Assembly (NCBI RefSeq): GCF_018977255.1
Contig: NW_024704742.1
Coordinates: 98,644,001 to 98,708,000, forward strand
Direction of reading: 5' to 3'
Source: Callorhinchus milii
Lineage: Eukaryota
DNA length: 64,000 nt
This document shows, piece after piece, positions 25,376 to 37,663 of the stretch (position 1 is the stretch's first letter; every line of letters starts with the position of its first letter). Under the pieces are notes generated by a model. The model had not been told where the DNA came from, did not search any database, and saw only the letters and a list, made by a program, of their open reading frames with translations. The position numbers and the translations under genes are program-made.

Positions 25376-27573
25376 CTGGAAACATAAAAATAAATCAACA
25401 TAAAACAACAACTTGCATTTATATAGCACCCTTCACACGAGGCAGTGTCTCAGAGCGCTTTCAGAACACACAAATCCATAACACAGAATTTAGGTGCCAG
25501 TTAAAGAGTTTTTTGGCGGTAAACTCAGGCTTGTTGCATGTCCCCCACTCCCACCATTGATGCCGGTCCATCAAAAACCCACACTCCCAAAGTCTGGCAC
25601 TCTTCCTTCTATTTTCATCTCCATCTCAGCCGCACTCTCTATCGGCTCAGTAACTGTAGCACCCAATGTACTCTTGTGTGTTGAAACTCAGGTAAACCAA
25701 ACTTTGAATTATGAATTGTGATCAGTCAGTTTTATAATTGTTTTTCATTTCACAATTAACTTTGCAATGTTTAAGTTAAACCAAGAGTGCATCAAAAAGC
25801 GCTATATCAAATGCAAGGATTATTATTATTATTATTATCAAATTACGAGTGACCAGTAACCCATTTTTTAAAAAATCATACCAGTGTTTCCATTAAATTA
25901 ACAAGTCAGTCAGCAAAATATAACTATCGCCACATGTGAGAACCATTGCATTGAATTCAGAATCAGTGCAAGGGTTAAGAAATATCATTTCAAATGCTAT
26001 TCTCTAGCACTGAAACACGACGATGATAGAAGCTGCATCACAGCTGATATACAAAATAATTAAGCCAAAATAGGAGGCATTTCCAAAATAAAAATAAAAC
26101 TGCCTAAAATTCTGAAATTTAAAAATAATTATGCAATTTCTCCCATCATCAAAGCATTAAGATTTCAGATTTATTGCCATTGAGATTTAATTTTATCCCG
26201 GCTGTGTCTGTGGAACTGGAAGATATGCACAATTTTTGCAGCACGTCCTTAAGATTCTTTAATTTACACGTTTGTGCCTACCATCAAGATTTAAATGTCG
26301 TGTTCAACAAAACCTGTACGTAATTAATTTTGGTTACTGGAGCATTTTGGAGCAAATTAAAAGGTTTTATTTGCTAATGGGGGAATTAATACTTTTGCAA
26401 ATATATAATACAGGAGAAATAGACATACTAAACAGCTGGATTCCTAAATTGAGACTTGCCTCAATCAAATTGCCTGCTTTATTTGAGATCCACTGGCAGT
26501 ATTTTAGGTTGTGATATTTATATCACAAATAACTGCTTTGCTCAGACTGCTCCCAAATACATGTGTGGTTGCAAACATATCGCAAAGTATCATTTGCCGG
26601 ATAGATCAGAACTGTATTCAGGATAATTTTTTTTTTAAAAATCACTCTCTATAAAATGTCTTTAAATGCTGGCAATTTCACAAATGCAGTAATCCAGACA
26701 GATTACCGTGGTTGGAGACTATTTTTAGTAATCCGTCTGATGCTGTGGTAATTGTGGATTTTGGGATTACTGCTAAAATTCAGGTCCCATTGGTGCACTG
26801 AAGCTGCAATTGGGACTTGTAATATGGTACTGTGTTATAGTACATTAACTGTGCTACAGACACAAAGAAAAAGTAATCCCCGCACAGTAATCCCCTTCTG
26901 GTACCTTACTCTTATTATTGTCTAATGATGGAAAATTACTTCACTCAACTTAGATTTACTATAATCAGTATCTGGAAATGTTACTGTTACACATTATTCT
27001 CAGAAGTAGATTAGACAGTCACACCTCCCTAAATTTCTCAAATGCAACAAGGAAGACAGAGGTTTAGTTTCCCACGTCATACCAGCTTCACCTAGTGGAC
27101 AAACAGTGAAATGTAGGCCTGATGAGTTCTTCCAAATTTTACTTACTCTTTGATGAGCCTGTTAGTATTTAATGTCCAGTATCCTGTTCACATCACTTTC
27201 AGGGCAAAGGTAGCACTAAAATTCAAGTGTAGACCTACCATACGTTATCAAGCTTAACGAAGGCATCTAACCAGTATAGTAGTCTGAAGCAAAAGTGTGT
27301 TCTGGGGGTTCTGCCCTTTACACCCATCCACTCGTTCCAGTTAACACAATACCACAGAATCTACAACATTAGAGACACAAAAAGTTCTCACAGTTTTAAA
27401 CTTAGGACCTTCTCATAAAAGTTAAGCTTACGAGAATTTTGAAAAATTGTTAAATTGAACCTGAATTTCTAAGCTAGTTTTATACAGGTCTTAAAGCAGC
27501 TTCCAATTAACATTCAATTTAAGAAATTTCCAAACCTTGCCTGCAATTTTAAAGCAAAGGTCTTAGGCTAAGA

Positions 27574-28313
27574 CCATGAGAAATGTTGAGCCTCGAAAAG
27601 AATAATAGTGCCACTGCACTTTGAGGATACTACTCAGATTGTGCACTCGCTCCTTAAGATTCAACAACGATAATAATTTTACAAAGTAAGCTTCACGTGG
27701 GATGGTATCTCGGAGTGCTTCAGCATGCGCTGGTCATGCATAATTGTGCTCCGGATTGTGAAGGAAGCAGGAGTGCCCAATGAGTGCAGGCAGTGTAACT
27801 GATCAGCACAATTTAAGCATATTACTAAGGCCGTCGCGTAAAAAAACATCCTTGCAGTTGATACAGTGCTTTTCATGTCAAACGGTTACCTCAAAGCTCT
27901 TCATGGGATTTACTGTAAAGCGTAGTAACTCTGTAGTTTGTAACCTAACAAGGCAAACAATTTACGCAAAGCGCAAACTGTGTCAGCCTGGCCCAGTGGT
28001 ATCACTCTTTCCACTGAGTCAGAAGGTTGTGGGTTCAAGCTCCACATTGTGACTTAGAATCGCATAGTCTAAGCGACACTCCATGAGAAATGTTGCGCCT
28101 CGAAAAGGATAACAGTGCCACTGCACTTTGAGGATACTACTCAAGATTGTGCACTTAAGATTCAACAACGATAATAATTTTACAAAGTAAGCTTCACGTG
28201 GGATGGTATCTCGGAGTGCTTCAGCATGCGCTGGTCATGCATAATTGTGCTCCGGATTGTGAAGGAAGCAGGAGTGCCCAATGAGTGCAGGCAGTGTGCT
28301 GATCAGCACAATT
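27574..28313. repeat. Local ~235-bp direct duplication (27574-27813 and 28081-28313)
   Basis: Both copies run ccatgagaaatgttg...gatcagcacaatt with only a few substitutions and indels. Confidence 0.95.
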
Positions 28314-28640
28314 ACACTGTGGGATGTATTGCATTGTCAGAGGTGCCATCATTTAGATGAGACATTAAACCAAGGTCCCATCTGCCTGTTCAGTTGAACA
28401 ATAAATATCCCATGGCACTATTCGAAAAGAGAATCGGGTTTCTCCCAATGTCCTGGCCAACAAATCCCTCAAATAAAATTGGTCACTCACTCCATTGGTT
28501 TTGGTGAGACGCTGCTATGCGCAACTGGCTGCTACATTTCACCCACAAAAGACAGTCAAACCACTTCACAGTACATCGTGTGAAGCACTTTGAAATGTTT
28601 TTACAATATGAGGCGCCATATCAAATGCAAGGATTATTAA
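27979..28640 (+). mobile_element. Deu-domain SINE interrupted by the second copy of the duplication
   Basis: Head gtgtcagcctggcccagtggtatc...gagtcagaaggttgtgggttcaag...gacactcca; resumes at 28314 with acactgtggga...gcattgtcagaggtgcc; tail atcaaatgcaaggattatt. Confidence 0.85.
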
Positions 28641-30551
28641 AGCAGTGACCCACAACAGCCAAATAAGTTTTCCTCCAATTTTATCTGGGGGATTGTTGGC
28701 CAGGACATTGGACAAAATCCCTTCTCTATTTGAAAAGTGCCACAGGATCTACCTGAATAGGTAGAATTCAGTTTAACATCTCATCTGAAGAAAGGTACCT
28801 CCAACAATGCAGTACTCTCTGGACATTGGAATGTCAATCTAGACTGTGAACTCAAAGTCCCAGTATGGAGCTAATCTTCAACTGTCCAGTGCCTTGGGAT
28901 GTCCTTTCAATGTGAAAGGCACTGTATAAATGCAATTTGTTGTCATTGTAATTCCCAATTCGACACAAGAATAATTTTGTTCACAAAACAATACAGTGCC
29001 ACTTTACAGTAAATCATGTGAAGCATTTTGTGGGGTCTTAGCTACATGATAAGGCACTATATCAAATGCAAAAATTATTATAATATCAGGAAAATCGCTT
29101 TATTAGAAAGCTGTGGCAACCAGTGTAAAAATAAATAAATTTATTAGAGGGATCTGCTCAGATTTGAACTACTCTACTAACAACCAGATCTGAGCGCAAT
29201 AATAAAATAATAATAAGGACATCTCAATGACATTATAAAGCGCTATATCCAAATTGCGAGGACTATTAATAATCCTTCCATTTGGTATAGTGCCTTATCA
29301 AGTCAGAAGGACATCTCAAAGCACTTCACAGGATTTACTGTGAAATAAAGTGTCTGTGGTCAAACTTGGCAGCACAAGTTCACACAGCATTGTTCCACAA
29401 ACACCGACATGTTAGCCAGGACACCAGGAGAAATTCTCTTCTCTTTCCGAATAATGCCAGGGATCTTAGGGACCTCGGTTTAACGTGTCTTCGAAGGAGC
29501 ACAATGTTATATTCAGAAGTCCTAATGAAATGCTCTAAACTCAATCCCTGTTATTTGCCCATATGCTGTAGTTTTACTCATTCTTACTCATGCTTACTCA
29601 ATTCCTTTCTAAATGTCAGAACTGACCAGTCTCGATTATTCAATCGGAATCATTCTCCTGAAGTTATTTTGTAGTTCTTCCAGTTGCATGGTGCAATACA
29701 CTGGAAAATTCAGGTCACAAAGCATATACTGTTCTCCCACTCCCCAATATTTTACACCATACAACAGCCACCAGCATCATGGCACTTTGATGTTAATTAA
29801 GTGTGAAACTTTAATTTCACAGCTATATGTTGTTGGTGCACTGAGGCCATTTTAAGTACAAAATCTGATCCCACTCACTTTATATATTGTATGAAATAAT
29901 TTCTTCTGTAAAGTTGCCTAACCTATCCACTATATAAAAACAAACTGACTGTGACACATTATAAAATGATTTTTCAAATTTGGAGTTACAGGCTGCAATC
30001 TAATCTCAGGGTTTAAAATGACCGTTTTGCAGTCCCAATCGGAGGAGTTTGATTGTGTTACAGCACAATATGGCATAACGCAATCTCCATCTCAAAGCAG
30101 TTGCAATAATAATAATAATCCTTGCAATATTCCTAGAGCTTTTCACGTCTTCTAGACATATGTATGTTGTAACAAATGCTGATGTTTAAAGACACTCAAA
30201 AGACATTTACGGAAGGGTAGATAACAAGAAATCCACTTGTTCTTTCTATCTGGAATCATAGAATGCTTCAGACGACAAATAAGACATTCAGTCCATCAAA
30301 TCTGTGCTGGTATTTTTATCCAACATGAGCTATCTAATTTAATCCCACTCCCCTGCTCGCTCCCCACACCCTTTAATATTCTTGCTCTTCAGACATCTAC
30401 CTAATTCCCTTTTAATGATTTTTCCTATCCAGATGTTATAATCAAAGTAAAAATGTAATTAAATATACACCAAATTTTCGAGTTAAAAAAATTTCTGCTG
30501 AAATTGAGTTATTTACCATCATGTGACAGTAATTCGCCTACTATGCCTACC

Positions 30552-30877
30552 GTGGAGTCCTGTAGTTTAGTGGTTAGAGCACTCACCTCGCAAGCGAGAG
30601 GTCCTGGGTTCGATTTCCAGGCAGGATGAAACATTGGGCAAGTTTCCTTATTCCACACGCCTCTGTTTATTTAGCAGTAAATGGAACCCGTTTGTTAGTT
30701 GATTGGCAGATTGTTTTTCCATGGGTAATAATCTCTTCAAAAAATTTTTTTAAAATAATGAGAATAATAATTTGGTCCTCAATCAATTCACTTTAGTATA
30801 TTCTGTGATGTGCTTTGAGATGTCCTCGAAGATATGAAAAAGCGTTATCAAATACAAGGATTATTATTATTATTACT
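30552..30877 (+). mobile_element. tRNA-headed SINE, older long variant
   Basis: gtggagtcctgtagtttagtggttagagc...gggttcgatttcc; extra internal gcctctgtttatttagcagtaaa; (att)n tail. Confidence 0.85.
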
Positions 30878-31548
30878 ACACTTTATAGTAAATTCTGTTA
30901 AGCGCTTTGAGATTTTTTTGTGTGATAATGCATCACTTTAAATTCAACAATTATAATATTATAACTGTTTTAAAAATCAGAACACAGTACTCCAGATAGG
31001 TCAAAGACAAGTTTGCATGTATATACATATCTAGCACATTACAAGTTCATTTCAAGACATGTAACAATACAGCTTCTGACTTCAACTCAAATAGCCAAAC
31101 CATTTAAAACATTCCTATTCATGATCCTTGCTGCAACGCACTGTACAGGTCAAGTGCTTTGAGATGTTCATTTTACATGAAAAGCACCATATAAACATAA
31201 AATGTTTGTGTAGATCATAGATAGTTTCCTTATAATAATAATAATCCTTGCATTTGATATAGTGCCTTATCACGTCATCGAGACATCTCAAAGCGTTTAA
31301 CAGAACATACTGTAAAGTGAATTGACTGTATATTTTGTGTGTGAAACGGGAAACCCTTATAGAGGCTGACTGTATTTATATCAGGAGTACTGCCAAACAA
31401 TCCACTCCAGAGTTTATCGTTACGACTTACTCAATTGTAAGAAGGATGTGTTTGAGGGCTTGCATAAAAGATAAGTGTCTGGGTGGTCGCGACAAATCAC
31501 AGTGACAAGAACAACCGTGGCTAACTTCCACCGCAATGGTACATCCTG

Positions 31549-32420
31549 AACATAAGAATATAAGAATTAGGAGCAGGAGTAGGCCATTTGGCCCCTTGAG
31601 CCTGCCCCGCCCTTCAATAAGATCATGGCTGATCTATTCTAACTCCACCTACCCGCCTTATCCCCATATCCCTTAATCCACAAGAAATCTATCAATCTCA
31701 GTCTTGAATATGTTCAAGGACTGAGCATCTACAGCCCTTTGGGGTAGAGAATTCCATAAATTCACTACCCTCTGAATGAAGAAGTTTTTCCTCAATTCAA
31801 TGCGAAAGGGCTTACCCCTAATTTTAAGACTGTGACCCCTGGTTATAGTTTCTCCAACCAGGGGAAAAAGTCTCCCACTATCTATTCTGTCGTGCCCCTT
31901 AATAATCTTATAGGTTTCTATAAGATCACCTCTCATTCTTCTATATTCTAGAGAATATAGGCCTAAATTGCTCAACCTATCCTCATAACTCATCCACCTC
32001 ATCCCTGGTACCAACCTAGTGAACCTACGTTGTACCCCCTCCAAGGCGAGTACATCCTTTCTTAAATAAGGAGACCAAAACTGCACACAATACTCTAGGT
32101 GTGGTCTCACCAGGGCCATATACAGTTGCAGCAAGACTTACCTACTCTTATATTCTAACCCTTTTGTAACAAATGCCAACATACCGTTAGCTTTCCTAAT
32201 TGCTTGCTGTACCGCAAACTAGCTTTTTGTGACTGGTGTACAAGGATACCCAAGTCCCTCTGAACGCTAACACTATCTAGTCTCTCCCCTTCTAAAAGAT
32301 AATCTGCTCTACTGTGGATGACCTCACACTTCCCTACATTATACTTCATCTGCCACCTATTTGCCCACTCACCTAGCCTATCTATATCTCATTGCATTTT
32401 TTTAATGTTATCCTCGGTGT
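31549..32420 (-). mobile_element. CR1 3' fragment with (TTCTTATG)-type tail
   Basis: ORF 31673..32134 LVRPHLEYCVQFWSP...RGDLIETYK...TRGHSLK...FFIQRVVNLWNSLP. Confidence 0.93.
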
Positions 32421-32603
32421 TTACCGAGGTGTAAACAAATTTACTGGTTTAGAATTATCTCTGGTTTCAGACTTTTCTTGTTAAACATTTCCCACTTTTG
32501 ATCCCACACCACATACTGGTAAGAAATGAATAATAGTAATCCTTGCATTTGATATCGTATTTTATTGTGTAGTCAAAACATCTCAAAGCACTTCACATGA
32601 TGT

Positions 32604-33155
32604 CTTTTGGTCAGCCAGGTATCTGACAGGTGGAAAACCATCATCGTGCTTAAGATTATCCAAACCAGAGTTCCATCCACCCTACCTACACATGGAAACT
32701 CCTGTGTATTGGAATGGAATGCACACTCTGTCTCTGGAGGAATGCTTCCTGCTTATTCTAGAGTATTAAATATAGGCTGACTGATAAAAGCTGAGGCCTG
32801 TGGACCCCAGAGGGCGTGTTGGGATCTTTCTGGAGTTTAACCATCCAAAACTGCATAGGTTGCCATTGAAAGTACTGTCTGGCAACCTTTCCAACTATTT
32901 GTCCAGCTCAGATCACATTACCCGTTAGGGCTTTGGCATGCAGAGTTAACAGGAGCTGAGTGTGAAGAATCCCTGCTCCCAGTGACTGGTCTGCCCCTTC
33001 AAGTTCTACCGATAGGCCAGGCTGGCTGGCCTGTCATCGGCAATGCCCTGCAATACTGGGGACCCACCTGACTCAGAAACCCAACTACCGAGACCATCAT
33101 AGAGGGTTGACTCAATTCCGACATTACTGCCAGTTCAGCTCCAAGGAGACCCCTT
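32604..33155. repeat. Longest copy of the unclassified interspersed repeat, nested in a SINE tail
   Basis: Colinear similarity to 8280-8560 and, in reverse, to 54400-54810 and 63720-64000; SINE tail ...cttcaca on the left and gactttactgta... on the right. Confidence 0.7.
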
Positions 33156-35455
33156 ATTAGGAAGATAGAACAGGATAACAGACTTTACTGTAGAGTGCAT
33201 TGATTGCATATTTCTAGTCAAACACAACAGACAATTTGCACATAGACAGCTATATTGCCCCACAAACAGCCATAAAGTGAAGTCAATTTATCTGGAGGAT
33301 TGTTGGTCAGGTCCCAAAGTCAAAGTCCCAAAGTAGGGCTTGAACAACAACAACAACAAAATATATTTGTATAGCGCCTTTCATGTCAGGAGGACGTGGC
33401 AAGGCGCTGATCCCACAACCTTCTCACTCAGTGGTGAGAATACTACCGAGCGAGGCTGACACCTGAATGTAACAGAAACATTAAACTTGTGTAGTATTAG
33501 CTTATTTTTCAGTCAATTGCCCAAAAGTTTCATTTTGAAGACCACAAGCCCAATGCTGATTGATATTAGCTATCAAAGTCATGGTTAATCAATCAGTAAA
33601 TGCAGTAATGTCATACACCATTCAGTGCAATCTCACATAATGAAAATTTGATGTCTGTTCATAGATTTGTCTACAATAACAACAAAATTACATTTGCATA
33701 GCGCCTTTCACATCGGGAGGACGTCCCAAGGCGCTGGCTACATGGTAGTTTACCTTGAGCAGATATCAGTGCAGATCCATTACATGAGATTATAATGAAT
33801 GTGTGTATGGTTTGGATGACCACTGAGTTACAATTGGAAACCAAACTGGCTCCATTCTGAGAACTTCTTGAACACTGGGATAATTTCCCAGATTCAGATT
33901 TTTTCAAGCACCAGCTGGCCTCTTGAGATGTACATTAAGTTCCTGTTTACCCTTGGACAGCAGGTGAATTGTTTCTACCCCAACATACTAACTTTTTTAT
34001 TGTTTAACTGAGGCCTGAAATTTTCTAAAATTGTCCATATAACTGAAATTAAGAGTTTCCGAAGAGCACACAGGCTGTTTGTACCACAAAACCACAGAAA
34101 CTTACAGCACGGAGGTTATTTGGCCACTTTGTAAATGCTGGCTCTTTGAAAGACCATTCAACTCAGTCCCATCTACCTGCCTTTTCATCTTAACCCCTGT
34201 GAATTGCTGCTCGTTGACTATCTATCTAGCTCCCCATTGAAAGCTTATATGAATTTTGCCTCAACCCCACCACTCTTGGCAGGACATTCCACAACCCAAC
34301 AACTCTGTGTAAAAAAAATTCCTCCCTTTGCTAATTTCGGGGAAAACACGGGAAAAACATCCTTCTTTCGAACAGTGCAATGATCTCTTTAATATCCACC
34401 TGAATAGGCAAAGAGGACCTCAGTTTAATATATCATCTGATCCAACAATGCAGCACCCCCAGAGTGCATTAGTGTCAGCCTTGACTTGTGAATTCAAAGA
34501 CCTGAAGTTGGACCACAGCCTTATGACACAAAAGTGAGAGTGCTACCAACTGAGCAAGGCTGACACCACAAGGTTTACCTTTTATCAAATCAAATCATTT
34601 TATATTTAAACCTGTCATTTTCAGATTTTACCTTGCAGTAAGTCGGAACCCAGTTGTCAGTCAGTTAGCAGCTCGCTTTAAGGGAGCAATAATCCCTTAA
34701 AAAAAAATTGGTCACTCAGTTCATGAATGTTTGTGGGGCACTGCTGTGCAGAATGTTGTTTTGCCCACAAAATACACTCCACTTTACAGTATATCCTATG
34801 AAATGCTTTGAGACGTCTCAACAACGTGAAAAGGTGCTATATCAAATGCAAGGATTATTATTATTAACATAAGTAAAGGACATCTCTTAGAGTTGATTTA
34901 CTACACATTTGCCAATCTGTTTGACTGAATATTAAAAGGAATAAAATGTGCTCAGTTTTCACATTTGTGTTCTGATAAAGAAAAATTTGATTCATTTCTT
35001 TTGGGTGATAATCGGGTTCATTAACAACAACAACAACAACAAGATTCCATTTATAAAGCGCCTTTCACGTCAGGAGGACGTCCCATTTATTTTTTTATTT
35101 ATGTATTTTATGGCTGAAAATTAAATCTGCACAGTACTGTAATAATGTTTACATTAATATTTGAAATGATACCATTACTCAGACAATATCTAATCTCACA
35201 ACATTTGCCAGGCTCAGAACTAACAGCATAAATAAAAAATGACTCACCAGACAGTAAAATTGGATTACATGACCTTTAATTGAAGTTTTGTCACATGTTG
35301 TTATTTTAACTGTGGTACATCAATAATATTTTACGCTGGCTATTGATTTAGTCTGGGTCAGAAATAAGTACCTTAAATCTCTCTCTCCACTGGGTGCTTT
35401 TTCATGTTTTGTAACCCTCCCCTTAAATAAAATATTTTAAATGGACTGTGTACAT

Positions 35456-35781
35456 GTGGAGTCCTGTAGCTCAGTGGTTAGAGCACTTGCTTTGCAAGCA
35501 AGACACCTGGGTTCAATTCCAGGCAGGGCGAAACCTTGGGCAAGTTTCCTTACTCCACACAGAGCCTAATAATAATCCCTCCAAAAACCCAAAACAATAA
35601 TAAATTGGTCATTTTCAATCTACGACTGTTTGTGGGACATTGCTGTGCGCAATTGGCTGCCGCGTTCGCCCACAAATATACAGTCAATTCACTTTACAGT
35701 ATATTCTGTGAAGCGCTTTGGGACGTCCTCCCGACGTGAAAAGCGCTATATCAAATGCAAGGATTATTATTATTATTATTA
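35456..35781 (+). mobile_element. Young tRNA-Ala-headed SINE
   Basis: Full head, body and tail; flanked by tacat...tacat (possible TSD). Confidence 0.93.
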
Positions 35782-36236
35782 CATTATTCTGCTTTGGTTT
35801 TATATTCTTCCATTATAATCTAGACCGACACTCCAATGTATTGTTGGAGGTGCCAATCTTCAGATGAGACTCAAACTAAGGTTACGTTTACCTGTTCAGG
35901 TGGATGTTAAAGATCCCATGGCTCTATTTAAAAAGGAAAGGCTGTTTCCCTTGGTGTCCTGGCCAACAATCTCCCCAATAAAAATTGGTCATTCACTTAT
36001 AATAACAATAATATTAATCCTTGCATTTGATATGTCACCTTATCATGTTGTTGAGCTGTCTCAAAACACTTCACAGAATAGATCGTGAAAAGTGGATTGA
36101 CTCTGTATTTTGTGGACAAACCGTGGCAATCAATTGTGCACAGCAGTGTCTCACAAACAGTCATGGATTGAGTGATCAATTTTTTTGAGGGATTACCCCC
36201 AGGAAGCAATCCACCAATCAACTAACAACCAGCTCA

Positions 36237-36537
36237 CTGTAGCTCAGTGGTTAGAGCACTCGCTTTGCAAGTGAGAGACCCGAGTTCAATTCCAGGCAGG
36301 GCGAAACCTTGGGGAAGTTTCCTTACTCCACACACCTAATAATAATCCCTCCAAAACCCAAAACAATAATAAATTGGTCATTTTCAATCTACGACTGTTT
36401 GTGGGACATTGCTGCGCGCAATTGGCTGCCGCGTTCGCCCACAAATATACAGTTAATTCACTTTACAGTGTGTTCTGTGAAGCGCTTTGGGACGTCCTCC
36501 CGACGTGAAAAGCGCTATATCAAATGCAAGGATTATA
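36237..36537 (+). mobile_element. Young tRNA-Ala-headed SINE, followed by an inverted SINE head (~36540-36665)
   Basis: Near-identical to the 35456 copy; the reverse gtcctgtggcgcagtggttagcactctcgcctcgcaagcgagagg follows. Confidence 0.9.
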
Positions 36538-37342
36538 ACCAAGTTCTTACTTCCTGCTTGGTAAACAGAGGCGTGTGGAGTAAGTTAATGTTTTGCCCCG
36601 CCCGGTAATCAAACTCTGGTCCTCTCGCTTGCGAGGCGAGAGTGCTAACCACTGCGCCACAGGACGTTGTGGTTGATTGTGGGACATTGCTGTATGCAAA
36701 TTGGCTGACAAATTTGCACATCCTGTGAAGTTCATTCAGATGTCTTCTCGACGTGAAAGACGTTGATAAGGATTGTTAATATTACTCCTTCTCACTTGGG
36801 GAAAATGGGGGAACAAGTGCCAACACAGTAAAATTACTACAGCCTAAAATGTCCAACATTAATAAACATAACAAGCTTAACAATAACACTGATTATTATA
36901 ACTTATAGAGTGGTGAAACGACTATTCAGTTGTTCATGGGCATTAAGAGAGAGACCTACAAAAACTACATTGTCTGAAGTGGAATATTGTCTCTATACAT
37001 TATTTTTCTGGAGAGAGGATAAATACATCGAATAAAATAATCATTACATCAGATATGACACCTTGGGAGGGGGTGTGCTTCTCAAAGCACTTTACATGAT
37101 ATACTGCAAAGGCAAATGACTTAGTGTTTTGTGGATGAATGTGGCAGTCAATTTGCACACAGCAACTTCCCACAATAGCCATGTAATGAATAACCAATTT
37201 TATTTGGGGAGATGGTTGGCCAGGACACAAGGAGAAACTCCCCTTTTCAAATAGTACCATTGGATCGTTAACATCTACCGGAACAGGCAGACAGGATCTC
37301 GGTTTAACATCTCATCAAAAAATGGATCAATTCCTCCAGCAC

Positions 37343-37663
37343 GTGGAGTCCTGTAGCTCAGTGGTTAGAGCACTCGCTTTGCAAGTGAGAGACCTGAGTT
37401 CAATTCCAGGCAGGGCGAAACCTTGGGCAAGTTTCCTTACTCCACACAGAGCCTAATAATAATCCCTCCAAAACAAAAAACAATAATAAATTGGTCATTT
37501 TCAATCCACGACTGTTTGTGGGACACTGCTGTGCGCAATTGGCTGCCGCGTTCGTCCACAAATATACAGTCAATTCACGTTATAGTATATTCTGTGAAGC
37601 GCTTTGGGAGTCTAGAAGATGTGAAAAGCGCTATATCAAATGCAAGGATTATTATTATTATTA
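37343..37663 (+). mobile_element. Young tRNA-Ala-headed SINE nested in an older - strand Deu-SINE (~37040-37776)
   Basis: Host SINE sequence ...cctccagcac | tgtattggagtgtcagc... rejoins across the insert. Confidence 0.9.

Noticed and set aside
35460..35530. Apparent tRNA-Ala(TGC) genes here and at 19439, 36237, 37343 and 46347
   Set aside because: Each cloverleaf continues directly into the same SINE body and (ATT)n tail, and the T-arm is imperfect; these are SINE heads
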